DNA of 64,000 bases from the NCBI GenBank assembly GCA_045635885.1, contig JAZTWO010000065.1, positions 3,306-67,305 on the forward strand. Direction: 5' to 3'. Positions 29,177 through 38,557 of the stretch are shown piece after piece. The position numbers and the translations under genes are program-made. Source of the stretch: Eubacteriales bacterium (GTDB lineage Bacteria; Bacillota; Clostridia; Oscillospirales; CAG-272). The notes under the pieces were generated by a model. It saw nothing but the letters and a program-made list of their open reading frames with translations. It did no database searches and was not told the DNA's origin. How positions within the stretch are numbered: position 1 is the stretch's first letter; the number at the start of each line of letters is the position of its first letter.

Positions 29177-29938
29177 ATGATACAAGTCAAAAATTCAATG
29201 CAGCTTAATGCAATGAAAGAGGCAGGACGTATCACGGGCGAGACTTTGCTCGTCGCCCGTGAGCTCGTTCGCCCAGGCATTAGCACCAAGGAGCTTGATG
29301 ACGCAATTAGAGCGTACATTGAAAAGTGCGGCGCAAAGCCCTCGTTCCTTGGATATCACGGATTTCCCGGGTCAGCTTGCATAAGTATTAATGATGAAGT
29401 AATTCACGGAATTCCATCTGCAAAAAGATTTTTGCAGGAGGGAGATATCGTGAAAATCGACGTTGGAGCTTGTATAAACGGCTACCACGGAGATAGCGCA
29501 CGCACCATTCCTGTTGGAAAGGTTAGCGACGAGGCAATGCAGCTCATTAGAGCTACAAGAGATAGCTTCTTTGCAGGTGCGCAAATGGCAGTTGCGGGCA
29601 ATCGCATTGGCGATATTGGCTCTGCAATTTCCGAATCGGTAAAACCGTATTCCTACGGCGTGGTTAGAGAATTTATCGGACACGGAATCGGACGTAACGT
29701 TCACGAAGAGCCCGACGTTCCAAACTACGGAACCGCAGGTCGTGGTGTTCGCCTTTGCAACGGTATGACTCTTGCTATTGAACCCATGATTAACTTGGGT
29801 ACTGCGAAGGTTATTATGTTGCCAGACGGCTGGACGGTGAAGACTGCGGACGGAAAAATTTCTGCTCATTATGAAAATACAATTGCAATCACTCCCGATG
29901 GGGTCGAAATTTTAACACTTATTGATAATGAATTTTAA
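29177..29938 (+). CDS. map: type I methionine aminopeptidase
   Basis: Metal ligands lie in [20 protein letters not shown] and LAIEPM. I preferred ATG 29177 (7 nt after GGAG) over TTG 29171. Confidence 0.95.
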   Translation: MIQVKNSMQLNAMKEAGRITGETLLVARELVRPGISTKELDDAIRAYIEKCGAKPSFLGYHGFPGSACISINDEVIHGIPSAKRFLQEGDIVKIDVGACINGYHGDSARTIPVGKVSDEAMQLIRATRDSFFAGAQMAVAGNRIGDIGSAISESVKPYSYGVVREFIGHGIGRNVHEEPDVPNYGTAGRGVRLCNGMTLAIEPMINLGTAKVIMLPDGWTVKTADGKISAHYENTIAITPDGVEILTLIDNEF

Positions 29939-29964
29939 AGCAAATATTTCAGGAGGATAGTATC

Positions 29965-30183
29965 TTGGCTAAAGATGACGTAATTGAATTTGAAGGTACG
30001 GTCGTTGAGGCACTTCCTAACGCAACCTTCAAGGTACAGCTTCCTAATGGACATATTGTTAATGCTCACATTTCAGGAAAGCTTAGAATGAATTATATCA
30101 GAATTTTGCCCGGTGATAAGGTGACCATTGAGGTTTCCGTTTACGACCTTAACAAAGGCCGTATCACATGGCGTGCAAAATAA
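29965..30183 (+). CDS. infA: translation initiation factor IF-1
   Basis: [30 protein letters not shown]...GRITWR. TTG start after AGGAGGA. Confidence 0.97.
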   Translation: MAKDDVIEFEGTVVEALPNATFKVQLPNGHIVNAHISGKLRMNYIRILPGDKVTIEVSVYDLNKGRITWRAK

Positions 30184-30263
30184 TTATACGCTGACGGCAT
30201 ATGCCGTTGGGTGACTCATAAATAAACCAAAAAAAACCATATAGAGAAAGGAATGGTAGTACA

Positions 30264-30377
30264 ATGAAAGTTAAACCATCCGTAAAGAAGATCTGCGAAA
30301 AGTGCAAGATCATCAAGAGAAAAGGTAAAATCATGGTAATCTGTGAGAACCCTAAGCACAAACAAAGACAGGGTTAA
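30264..30377 (+). CDS. rpmJ: 50S ribosomal protein L36 (37 aa; absent from the ORF track)
   Basis: My own translation: [37 protein letters not shown]. Confidence 0.95.
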   Translation: MKVKPSVKKICEKCKIIKRKGKIMVICENPKHKQRQG

Positions 30378-30424
30378 TCACAAACCACACACTAAAAATA
30401 ACCGAATTAAAGAGGTGAAATAAA

Positions 30425-30793
30425 ATGGCTCGTATAGCTGGTGTTGATATTCCAAATGCAAAACGCATTGAAATCGCTCTTACCTACATTTACGGTATAG
30501 GCCGCAAGAGTTCAAATGACATTCTTGCAAAAACAGGCATCAATCCCGACACTCGTGCAAAGGATCTTACAGAAGCAGAAATCGCAAAGCTTCGTGACGA
30601 GATCGAAAACTTCTACACAGTTGAGGGTGATCTTCGCCGTGATGTTGCTATGAACATCAAGAGAAAGATCGAAATTAACTGCTTCTGCGGTATCAGACAT
30701 AGAAAAGGTCTCCCCGTTAGAGGACAGAGAACAAAAACAAATGCAAGAACTCGTAAGGGTCCTGCTAAGACAATCGCTAACAAGAAGAAATAA
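30425..30793 (+). CDS. rpsM: 30S ribosomal protein S13
   Basis: [26 protein letters not shown]. Confidence 0.98.
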   Translation: MARIAGVDIPNAKRIEIALTYIYGIGRKSSNDILAKTGINPDTRAKDLTEAEIAKLRDEIENFYTVEGDLRRDVAMNIKRKIEINCFCGIRHRKGLPVRGQRTKTNARTRKGPAKTIANKKK

Positions 30794-30807
30794 AGGAGTA
30801 GCATAAG

Positions 30808-31197
30808 ATGGCTGTTAAAAAAGTAGTCAGAAAACGCCGCGAACGTAAAAATATTGAAAAAGGCGCGGCTCATATCAGTGCAACTTTCAACAATACTATT
30901 GTAACCATCACCGACGTTAACGGAAACACAATTTCTTGGGCTTCCGCTGGTGAACTTGGTTTCAAGGGTTCCAGAAAATCAACTCCCTTTGCAGCTCAGT
31001 CTGCAGCAGAGACAGCAGGTAAGGCTGCTATGGAACACGGACTTAAGACTGTTGAAGTGTTTGTAAAAGGTCCCGGTTCAGGACGTGAATCCGCAATTCG
31101 TGCATTGGAAACAGTTGGTCTTCAGATCACTATGATCAAGGACGTAACTCCTATTCCTCACAACGGTTGCAGACCCCCTAAACGTAGAAAAGTTTAA
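30808..31197 (+). CDS. rpsK: 30S ribosomal protein S11
   Basis: [30 protein letters not shown]...[16 protein letters not shown]. Confidence 0.98.
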   Translation: MAVKKVVRKRRERKNIEKGAAHISATFNNTIVTITDVNGNTISWASAGELGFKGSRKSTPFAAQSAAETAGKAAMEHGLKTVEVFVKGPGSGRESAIRALETVGLQITMIKDVTPIPHNGCRPPKRRKV

Positions 31198-31215
31198 TAT
31201 TGGAGGATTTACAAA

Positions 31216-31842
31216 ATGGCAAGATATACAGGTCCTGCATGTAAGCTCTGCCGTAGAGAAGGCAAAAAGCTTTATCTCAAGGGCGAACGCTGCACATCAG
31301 GTAAATGCGCACTTGACCGTAGACACACTGCTCCCGGTCAGCACGGTGCAAACAATAAGAAACTCAGAGAATACGGACGTCAGCTTCGTGAGAAGCAGAC
31401 TGCAAAGAGATACTATGGTGTTCTTGAAAAGCAGTTCAAGAACTACTATGTAGAGGCAGCAAGAAAGCCCGGTATCACAGGTGAAAACCTTCTTTGCTTG
31501 CTTGAAAGAAGACTTGACAACGTTGTTTACAGAATGGGCTTTGCAGAAAGCCACAAGGAAGCTCGTCAGATCGTTCTTCATGAACACATCGAGCTTAACG
31601 GTAAGAAGGTAAACGTTCCTTCTATCCTTGTTAGACCTGGTGACGTTATCACTGTTCGCGCAAACTTCCGTGATTCTGAAAAGTGCAAGGCACTTATTGA
31701 GAGCGCACAGACAAAGGTTGCTCCCAAATGGCTTGAAGTTAATAAGGAAACAATGAGCGCAAAGGTTCTTACTATGCCTGCTCGTGAAGACATTGACTTC
31801 CCCTTCGAGGAACAGCTTATCGTCGAACTTTATTCCAAGTAA
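31216..31842 (+). CDS. rpsD: 30S ribosomal protein S4
   Basis: [26 protein letters not shown] and a C-terminal S4 domain. Confidence 0.98.
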   Translation: MARYTGPACKLCRREGKKLYLKGERCTSGKCALDRRHTAPGQHGANNKKLREYGRQLREKQTAKRYYGVLEKQFKNYYVEAARKPGITGENLLCLLERRLDNVVYRMGFAESHKEARQIVLHEHIELNGKKVNVPSILVRPGDVITVRANFRDSEKCKALIESAQTKVAPKWLEVNKETMSAKVLTMPAREDIDFPFEEQLIVELYSK

Positions 31843-31967
31843 TAACCCGGGCACCGTATTTCAAATACTGCCCGTGTTGCTTGGCAATTTGAGGCAGACA
31901 TATATACGGTCAAAATTTGTCCCCTGTAAAACACAGTGAAAATTTTATTAATGGAGGAATATTTGGA

Positions 31968-32942
31968 ATGATTGAAATAGAGAAACCTAATATTACAACG
32001 GTTGACTTGAGTGAAGACGGAAGATTTGGTACTTTCGTTGTTGAGCCCCTTGAAAGAGGATACGGCACAACACTTGGAAACTCACTTCGCAGAGTGCTTC
32101 TTAGCTCTCTTCCCGGTGTTGCAGTAACAAACATCAAAATTGATGGCGTTTTGCACGAGTTTTCAACAATTCCCGGTGTTAAAGAAGATGTTACAGAGAT
32201 TGTTCTTAACGTTAAGGGCATCACTGCAAAGCTTCATACAAACTCCCCCAAGACAGTTGTTATTGATGTAATTGGTGATCAGGTAGTTACTGCCGGCGAC
32301 ATCAAGCAGGATACAGATATTGAAATTCTTAATCCTAACCATCACATCGCAACAGTTGCTCAGGGTGAAAGATTCTACATGGAGCTTACATTCGATAACG
32401 GTCGTGGTTACGTTTCACAGGAACGCAATAAGCAGGTTCACACCTCTCTTCTTGGTCCTAACGTATCTGCTCCCATCGGAACAATTTACACCGATTCAAT
32501 TTACACTCCCGTTTACAACGTTCGTTACACCGTTGATAACACACGTGTCGGAACAGTTGCCGATTTTGACAAGCTCACTATCGAGATTGAAACAAACGGT
32601 ACTATCTCCGCAAAAGAGGCGGTTTCCCTCGGAGCCAAGATTCTCAACGAGCATCTCAACTTGTTTGTAGATTTGTCTGAAGAAGCAAGAAATGAAAGCA
32701 TTATGGTTGAGAGAGAAGAAACCATCAAGGAAAAGGTTCTTGAGATGACCATTGAGGAACTTGACATGTCTGTTCGTAGCTTCAACTGCTTGAAGCGTGC
32801 AGGCATTGATACAGTTGAAGATCTGACCAATCGTACCGAAGAGGATATGATTAAGGTTAGAAATCTTGGTAAGAAGTCGCTTGAGGAAGTTATCCAAAAG
32901 CTTGCTTCCTTGGGACTTACACTTAAGAAGGAAGAAGATTAA
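31968..32942 (+). CDS. rpoA: DNA-directed RNA polymerase alpha subunit
   Basis: [12 protein letters not shown]...[29 protein letters not shown]-terminal domain with [18 protein letters not shown] moved the start to ATG 31968, preceded by GGAGGA. Confidence 0.97.
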   Translation: MIEIEKPNITTVDLSEDGRFGTFVVEPLERGYGTTLGNSLRRVLLSSLPGVAVTNIKIDGVLHEFSTIPGVKEDVTEIVLNVKGITAKLHTNSPKTVVIDVIGDQVVTAGDIKQDTDIEILNPNHHIATVAQGERFYMELTFDNGRGYVSQERNKQVHTSLLGPNVSAPIGTIYTDSIYTPVYNVRYTVDNTRVGTVADFDKLTIEIETNGTISAKEAVSLGAKILNEHLNLFVDLSEEARNESIMVEREETIKEKVLEMTIEELDMSVRSFNCLKRAGIDTVEDLTNRTEEDMIKVRNLGKKSLEEVIQKLASLGLTLKKEED

Positions 32943-33004
32943 TTCTTAAGCACCCAAACTATTATTAAAAGTTATATTTATTAATAAACGGAGGAAATTA
33001 AGCG

Positions 33005-33346
33005 ATGCTTAACAGAAAGCTTGGCAGAACAACTGCTCATAGAAATGCAATGCTTCGCGGTCTTGTAACATACCTTCTTGAAAATGGCTCTGTAGAAACA
33101 ACTCTCACAAGAGCTAAAGAAGTTCGTTCTGTTGCAGAAAAGATGATCACACTTGGTAAGAAGAATACTCTTGCTAGCCGTCGTGCTGCTCTTGCATACA
33201 TCACAAAGGAAGATGTAGTTACCAAAGTGTTCAATGAGATTGCTCCTAAATATGAAGGTCGTAACGGTGGTTACACTCAGATTTATAAGCTTGGTCCCCG
33301 CCGTGGTGACGGAGCTGAGATGGCAATCATCAAATTGGTTGACTAA
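33005..33346 (+). CDS. rplQ: 50S ribosomal protein L17
   Basis: [28 protein letters not shown]. Confidence 0.98.
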   Translation: MLNRKLGRTTAHRNAMLRGLVTYLLENGSVETTLTRAKEVRSVAEKMITLGKKNTLASRRAALAYITKEDVVTKVFNEIAPKYEGRNGGYTQIYKLGPRRGDGAEMAIIKLVD

Positions 33347-33375
33347 TTTGATACCTAAGAAGCTAAAACTTATAT

Positions 33376-33409
33376 AAAAACACCCAAGGCGTTTGCCTTG
33401 GGTGTTTTT
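33376..33409. terminator. bidirectional terminator ending the ribosomal superoperon
   Basis: aaaaacacccaaggc-gttt-gccttgggtgttttt. Confidence 0.9.
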
Positions 33410-33410
33410 A

Positions 33411-34565
33411 TTAATATTTGCAAATATTATTTGTGGTGAATAATAATTTATCGACGTCGGTTTTGGTATTGAAGATGCCAAAGGAAACACGTACGGTGCC
33501 TGAGTTGATTGTGCCAAGAGATGTGTGGGCAAGGGGGGAACAATGAAAGCCACTTCTGACGCATATATTTTCGTCGCTAAGAAGTGTGCAAATTCGCTCG
33601 GCGGAAATGCCTTCGATATTAAAAGAAAGCGTACTGCCTGCAAAATTGGGCTCATAGACGGTGGCTTTGCTAATGTTGAGCAGTCCTTCTTTTAGGTGGA
33701 GAAACAATTCCTTTTCGTGCTTTAAAATTGAGGTGATATTGCGCTTTTTTATTTCTTTTATACCCTCACAAAGTCCTGCGATTGCAGGAAGTGGGAGTGT
33801 GCCTGCCTCGTGTCTTTCGGGCAGAAAGCTTGGCATTTCGCTATCAAGAGAAAGCACACCGCTTCCACCTTCGGTCAAGGTTTTTAGTGGGTTTGGCGAA
33901 TTTATGGCGACAAAGCCTGCGCCTTGTATTCCATACAAGCCCTTATGGGCGGGTGCGGAGAGGTAATTTATATTCATTTTTTGCATATCTATGGGAAGAT
34001 GACCAATGGATTGGGCTACGTCGAGTGCAAAAATGATTCCCATTTGCTTGCAAAGTGCTCCGATTTTTTCAACGGGCAGGGAAAATGAACAGATATTTGA
34101 TTGATGATTGCATATCAAAAGCTTTGTGTTTTTACAAAGCTTATTTTTTATATTCGAAATTATCGCTTCGTCGCTCTTGTCGGCAAGGGCGAGGGCGGGG
34201 AAGACGTCGTATGTGATTTTGCCCTCTTGCGCAAGTTTTTTGATGGGACGAAGCACGGAATTGTGTTCCATATCGCTGATTAAAACGTGGTCGCCTGCTT
34301 CAAGTATGCCCTTTATAATTAAGTTCAAACCGTATGTGCAGGATGGCATAAAAACCACGAATTCAGGCGAGGGGGCATTAATCAGTGAGCAAATTTGCTC
34401 GCGACATTCATAAATTTTTTCGGCAGCGAGCAGGGACAGTTTATGAGAGCCACGCCCTGCGTTGCCACAGTAAGAAGTGAGGCATTTTGTTACCTCTTTT
34501 ATTACAAGCTTGGGTTTGGGAAAGCTTGTTGCGGCATTATCGAGATAAATGATTGAGTTTTTCAT
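33411..34565 (-). CDS. class V aminotransferase, cysteine-desulfurase family
   Basis: IYLDNAATSFPKP N-terminus. HKGLYG carries the likely PLP lysine. C-terminal RSGFHCSPLAH. I moved the start to ATG 34565, which overlaps the stop of the upstream small gene (ATGA). Confidence 0.85.
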   Translation of the reverse strand: MKNSIIYLDNAATSFPKPKLVIKEVTKCLTSYCGNAGRGSHKLSLLAAEKIYECREQICSLINAPSPEFVVFMPSCTYGLNLIIKGILEAGDHVLISDMEHNSVLRPIKKLAQEGKITYDVFPALALADKSDEAIISNIKNKLCKNTKLLICNHQSNICSFSLPVEKIGALCKQMGIIFALDVAQSIGHLPIDMQKMNINYLSAPAHKGLYGIQGAGFVAINSPNPLKTLTEGGSGVLSLDSEMPSFLPERHEAGTLPLPAIAGLCEGIKEIKKRNITSILKHEKELFLHLKEGLLNISKATVYEPNFAGSTLSFNIEGISAERICTLLSDENICVRSGFHCSPLAHTSLGTINSGTVRVSFGIFNTKTDVDKLLFTTNNICKY

Positions 34566-34801
34566 ACCAAATTTTCGCCATTTGAAGTGATATATTGTGT
34601 GGGCCTTATGCCATATCGTTGTAAAATTGACCTCACTCTGCCTTTTTCGGTGCAATTAAATTCTATTCCATAGGCGCATCCGTGCTTGGTTAGTGATGGC
34701 TCAAGACTGACAATTTTTGAAAAAATTCCGTTTTGGGAAAGGGCTTTTTGTCCTTTTATACATATATTTATTGATGAAATTGCGGCAATACAGTAGTTCA
34801 T
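34562..34801 (-). CDS. DUF3343-like small protein (putative S/Se carrier partner of the desulfurase)
   Basis: 79 aa. The pattern ISSINICIKGQKALSQNGIFSKIV...HGCAYGIEF matches my memory of the DUF3343 fold pattern (alpha-helix, GI, then CG-x-hxF). It is translationally coupled to the desulfurase gene. Confidence 0.6.
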   Translation of the reverse strand: MNYCIAAISSINICIKGQKALSQNGIFSKIVSLEPSLTKHGCAYGIEFNCTEKGRVRSILQRYGIRPTQYITSNGENLV

Positions 34802-34897
34802 ATTCGCTCCATAACTTTTTTTATCATTATATGAAATTTTGTGAATAATGCGCCTAAAAGGGGGAATACTAAATTATCAAAAAGAAGGAGAAATGAT

Positions 34898-35509
34898 ATG
34901 AAATTACAAAAAATAATGGTTTTGGGGTGCGTTTTGGTGCTTTGCTTTGCACTTTGCAATATTTTGCCCATACATGGCGAGGGGGAGATATATGACAGTG
35001 TTGTTAGATTGCACGTTCTTGCAAACTCCGATTCTGATGAGGATCAAGTGCTTAAATTGAAGGTTAGAGATGCCATTCTCGCCTACGTTTCGCCAAGGGT
35101 GATTGACAGTCAAACAAGGCAAGAGGCGGCACAACTTTTACAGGGCGAGCTTGGGGCAATAAAGAATTTGGCTAAAGAAGTGATTTTGCAAGAGGGATTT
35201 GATTATGAGGTTGATGTGACCTTGACTTTTGAGGACTATCCCACGAGAAATTATGAGAGTATGAGCTTTCCGAGTGGCGAATATATGAGCTTGAGAGTTT
35301 TGATTGGCGAAGCGGAGGGACAAAATTGGTGGTGCGTTTTATTTCCACCGTTATGTCTTTCTGCCGCAAGTGAAAAATCAGAAAATGAGGATGCTTTTAT
35401 TGCGGTTGGCTTGAATTCCGACCAGTATAAAATAATAACCGAGAGCAAGGAGTCGAAATATTATTTGCGTTTTAAGATACTTGAAGTAATTGAATCAATA
35501 GGAAAATAA
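34898..35509 (+). CDS. spoIIR: stage II sporulation protein R
   Basis: VVRLHVLANSDSDEDQVLKLKVRDAIL ... NWWCVLFPPLC signature. Signal/TM peptide. ATG 34898 follows GAAGGAG. Confidence 0.9.
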   Translation: MKLQKIMVLGCVLVLCFALCNILPIHGEGEIYDSVVRLHVLANSDSDEDQVLKLKVRDAILAYVSPRVIDSQTRQEAAQLLQGELGAIKNLAKEVILQEGFDYEVDVTLTFEDYPTRNYESMSFPSGEYMSLRVLIGEAEGQNWWCVLFPPLCLSAASEKSENEDAFIAVGLNSDQYKIITESKESKYYLRFKILEVIESIGK

Positions 35510-35510
35510 G

Positions 35511-35539
35511 AAAATCCCACTCAAATGAGTGGGATTTTT
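35511..35539. terminator. bidirectional terminator
   Basis: aaaatcccactc-aaat-gagtgggatttt. Confidence 0.9.
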
Positions 35540-35547
35540 AATTTATT

Positions 35548-36303
35548 TTACCAAATTTTGATGTTCCATGCGCTAACGACATCCTTAAGCACGAATACAT
35601 AGAGCAACACAAGTCCAACCGAAAGGAGTGTGAACAGGATGAGATGCAAAACAAGTGCTTTGTTTGAGGGCTTATCGATAACGGAATAGTTTTTATCAAC
35701 AAGCTTTAATTTTGCAAGAATTGGGAGTGCCATTGATAACACAAACACAATTAGGGTTGCTTCAAGAGGGAACATAATCAAGTTTTTGGCAATTCTTACA
35801 CCATTGATAAGATTATATGTTTGCGCTTTTTCAATTCCGTAATAAATGTAGTACATCCACTTCATAAAAATTGATGTGAGGACTATATTTGAAATGAAAT
35901 TGATAGAAAACTTTGCGGTGAGGGCACGGGTGAAGTTGATTTTTCTTCGCCAGAAAAACAAACCAAACAAGAAGGAGCTTGACATTTCAACGAGCGCAAA
36001 GGGTGGAAAATATTCGCCCATCTCACCTGTTACGATAACACCGAGTGTGTCGCTGATGAGTCCGACTGCAAGACCCACAACGGGACCGTAAATTACCGAA
36101 CCGAGAGAATTTACATAACCGTCAAGGGACATATTAAGCCCCGGCGCCAATCTGATTTTAGCAAATTTAACTGCAATTCGAAGCGCAACTATGAGTGCGG
36201 CTATGGTCAAAATTTTGACGTCCTTGAATTGAAGCGTGGCTTCTTGCCAATATTTTAACGTAAAAATGCTTGCAAATTTTTTGCTTTCTGTATTTTTTTG
36301 CAT
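35548..36303 (-). CDS. folT: ECF-transporter S component, folate (FolT-like) family
   Basis: About 6 TM helices; 251 aa. I moved the start to ATG 36303, after AAAGGAGGA. It lies directly downstream of a THF riboswitch. The family assignment rests mainly on that association and on size and topology. Confidence 0.7.
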   Translation of the reverse strand: MQKNTESKKFASIFTLKYWQEATLQFKDVKILTIAALIVALRIAVKFAKIRLAPGLNMSLDGYVNSLGSVIYGPVVGLAVGLISDTLGVIVTGEMGEYFPPFALVEMSSSFLFGLFFWRRKINFTRALTAKFSINFISNIVLTSIFMKWMYYIYYGIEKAQTYNLINGVRIAKNLIMFPLEATLIVFVLSMALPILAKLKLVDKNYSVIDKPSNKALVLHLILFTLLSVGLVLLYVFVLKDVVSAWNIKIW

Positions 36304-36359
36304 GAAAATAATCCTCCTTTCCCACAAAAGAAAAGAGGATTGCATAGTTATCCTATTTT

Positions 36360-36454
36360 CACAGCGGGATGCGAATCTTGTACCGCAGAAAATTCTTTCG
36401 TCCACGGGGCAACTCCCCGTCCCCATGGCACTTTACGCGCAAGATTCTACTCTG
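36360..36454 (-). promoter_or_regulatory. THF (tetrahydrofolate) riboswitch
   Basis: The - strand reads CAGAGUAGAAUCUUGCGCGUAAAGUGCC...GGUACAAGAUUCGCAUCCCGCUGUG. The conserved AGAGUAG, GCGCGU-AAGUG and GCAUCC(C)GCU blocks are present, as is the long-range helix GAAUCUUG/CAAGAUUC. All of this parallels the published folT-motif sequence as I recall it. Confidence 0.8.
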
Positions 36455-36513
36455 TTTTTCCTGAATATTTTACCACAAAAGCGCAAGAATTTCAATAGTT
36501 TTTTTAGAAAAAC

Positions 36514-36542
36514 TTGACTTTAAGCGGCAAAAGTTGTATAAT
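36514..36542 (+). promoter_or_regulatory. sigma-A promoter of queT
   Basis: TTGACT, a 17-nt spacer, then TATAAT. Confidence 0.7.
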
Positions 36543-36549
36543 GTTTCAT

Positions 36550-36590
36550 AGTGAGTTCGCAACTATCCTCACTTAAAACAAAACTATAGA
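36550..36590 (+). promoter_or_regulatory. preQ1-I riboswitch
   Basis: A-GUGAG-UUCGCAACUAUC-CUCAC-UUAAAACAAAACUAUAG. This gives a 5-bp P1, a loop containing CUA, and an A-rich tail ending in CUAUAG (P2 partner). It resembles the Bacillus and Thermoanaerobacter aptamers. It lies 8 nt after the -10 box and upstream of queT. Confidence 0.8.
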
Positions 36591-36625
36591 AAGGACATTC
36601 AATTTTTGAATGTAAGTACAAAAAA

Positions 36626-37120
36626 ATGAAAAGAAACAATCAAAGCAGGGTGCGTTTTATAACGCTTTCTGCAACAATCGCATCGCTCTATATTGTCTTA
36701 ACTTTGATTTCGGCAATGTTTGGGCTTTCTTCGGGAGTAATTCAGGTCAGAATTTCAGAGGCACTTTGCGCCCTGACATTCTTTACACCTGCTGCAGTTC
36801 CCGGACTTACAATCGGTTGCCTTGTTTCAAATCTTGTAACCGGGGCAAACTTGCTTGACGTGGTGTTTGGCACGCTTGCAACATTTCTTGGCGCGTGGGG
36901 CGGATATTGTCTTCGCAAAAGAAAGTGGCTTGTTACCTTGCCAACCCTTGTTTCAAACGTGATAATCATTCCATTAGTTCTTGTTTATGGCTTTGGTGTG
37001 ACCGATATGGCACTGCCCATTATTGCTTTAACAGTTGGTGCGGGCGAATTTGTCTCCGCTTGCGTGCTTGGTATGTTATTGCTTTTGGTACTTAAAAAGA
37101 GAAATATCAATTTGAAATAA
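36626..37120 (+). CDS. queT: queuosine-precursor transporter QueT (ECF S-component-like)
   Basis: 164 aa with 5 TM helices. The motif IQVRISEALCALTFFTPAAVPGLTIGCLVSNL is typical of QueT. Known preQ1-riboswitch association. Confidence 0.8.
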   Translation: MKRNNQSRVRFITLSATIASLYIVLTLISAMFGLSSGVIQVRISEALCALTFFTPAAVPGLTIGCLVSNLVTGANLLDVVFGTLATFLGAWGGYCLRKRKWLVTLPTLVSNVIIIPLVLVYGFGVTDMALPIIALTVGAGEFVSACVLGMLLLLVLKKRNINLK

Positions 37121-37187
37121 TACAAGTTTTATCCAATTAATAAAAAAATTAACAATAATAATTTTTTTAAAAAAATTCAAAAACCTA

Positions 37188-37216
37188 TTGACAAGTGAAA
37201 ATTTTGGTGCTATAAT
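37188..37216 (+). promoter_or_regulatory. sigma-A promoter of the T-box leader
   Basis: TTGACA, a 17-nt spacer, then TGcTATAAT. Confidence 0.75.
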
Positions 37217-37245
37217 ACAGTCAATAAGAAAAAGACGTTTGAGCA

Positions 37246-37493
37246 AAAAGAGTGCAAAATGAAGTGTCTTCAGAGAGTTGGCGGTTGGTGTGAGCCAATG
37301 ATAAGTAGTTTTGTGGCGTACATTTTGCGAGTTGTGTGTTGAAATCTTTTTTGAGAGTAGGTACAACGGTGGCTCCCGTTACGAGCGTAGACTTTGATAG
37401 AAGTCGGTAAGGGTTAAATCGTGAGGTTTAACTGAAGCAGAGTGGTAACACGGTCTTTTCGTCCCTGCATCCAAATGGATGCGGGGCTTTTTT
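37246..37493 (+). promoter_or_regulatory. T-box leader (tRNA-sensing riboswitch) with terminator
   Basis: Stem I runs 37254-37328 (gcaaaatg / cattttgc) with an AGAGAG bulge and a distal loop ggttggtgtga. Also present: GAGAGUAGG (AGUA-II), CCCGUUA (F-box), the T-box sequence gaAGCAGAGUGGUAACACGG at 37435-37453, and a terminator ccctgcatcc-aaat-ggatgcgggg followed by cttttttg. Confidence 0.9.
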
Positions 37494-37545
37494 GTTGCTC
37501 TGGACAAAATATTACATGGTCGCTAAGCGACAGGAGGAAACTTTT

Positions 37546-38517
37546 ATGAAAAAAACATTAGCACTCGTTCTCACACTCGTTATGTTGTTGACATCTTGCT
37601 TGTTGGTTACAAGCTGTGGTGATAAAGATGGCGTCAACGGTTCCAAAACATTTAAGGTTGGTGTTTGCCAGCTTGTTCAGCACCCTGCTCTTGACTTGGC
37701 TACTCGCGGATTTGTTGATGCTCTTAAGGCAGAGCTTGGCGATAGTGTTGAAATCGACGTTCAGAACGCATCCGGTGATACAAACGTTTGTAACACAATC
37801 GTAAACAAATTCGTAAGCAAAAACGTTGACCTTATTATGGCTAACGCAACACCTGCACTTAGTGCGGCATACAACGCAACAGATAGTATTCCGATTCTTG
37901 GTACATCCATTACAGAATACGGTGTAGCACTTGATACAACACTTGTAAACGGTGTTGTTGGCGGCAACGTATCAGGTACAAGTGACCTTGCTCCCCTTGA
38001 TCAGCAGGCACAGATGATTTTTGATTTCTATCCCGACGTTGAAAAGGTTGGTATCGTTTACTGCTCTGCAGAAGCGAACTCCAAATACCAGGTTGAACAG
38101 GTTAAGGCACATCTTGAAGCAAAGGGCGTGGATGTTGAAGTATTTCCTTTTGCAGACTCCAATGATATTCTTGCAGTAGTTACAGCTGCTTGTGCTTTCT
38201 CAAACGTTCTTTACATTCCCACAGATAACACAGCTGCAGAATCTGCAGAAATTATTAGAAATGTTGTTATTGAAAACAACACAGTAGTATTTGCAGGCGA
38301 AGAAAACCTTGCAAAAATTTGCGGTATCGCATCTCTTTCAATCAGCTACTATGACCTTGGTGTTACAACAGGTAAGATGGCTGCAAAGATTCTTAAGGGT
38401 GAAGCAGACATTTCTGATATGAAGATTGAATACGCACCCGCTACAAAGAAATTTAACAAAGAACTTTGCGAGCTTCTTGGTGTTGTTGTTCCTGAGGGAT
38501 ATGAAGCAATCGAATAA
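37546..38517 (+). CDS. ABC transporter substrate-binding lipoprotein (ABC_sub_bind / BMP-like family)
   Basis: Lipoprotein signal MKKTLALVLTLVMLLTSCLLVTSC. VGVCQLVQHPALD motif. I moved the start to ATG 37546, after CAGGAGGA. Confidence 0.85.
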   Translation: MKKTLALVLTLVMLLTSCLLVTSCGDKDGVNGSKTFKVGVCQLVQHPALDLATRGFVDALKAELGDSVEIDVQNASGDTNVCNTIVNKFVSKNVDLIMANATPALSAAYNATDSIPILGTSITEYGVALDTTLVNGVVGGNVSGTSDLAPLDQQAQMIFDFYPDVEKVGIVYCSAEANSKYQVEQVKAHLEAKGVDVEVFPFADSNDILAVVTAACAFSNVLYIPTDNTAAESAEIIRNVVIENNTVVFAGEENLAKICGIASLSISYYDLGVTTGKMAAKILKGEADISDMKIEYAPATKKFNKELCELLGVVVPEGYEAIE

Positions 38518-38557
38518 GAAATACTAATAAAAACAATAAATTTTAAAGGAATTAGTT

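Noticed and set aside
17580-33655. Many long antisense or alternate-frame ORFs across the ribosomal superoperon (for example 18096-18770, 19677-20123, 23541-24218, 25889-26395, 31297-31854, 32981-33655).
   Set aside because: Each lies opposite to, or out of frame with, an unmistakable ribosomal or housekeeping gene. They lack RBSs and have low-complexity or Cys/Ser-rich translations typical of shadow ORFs.
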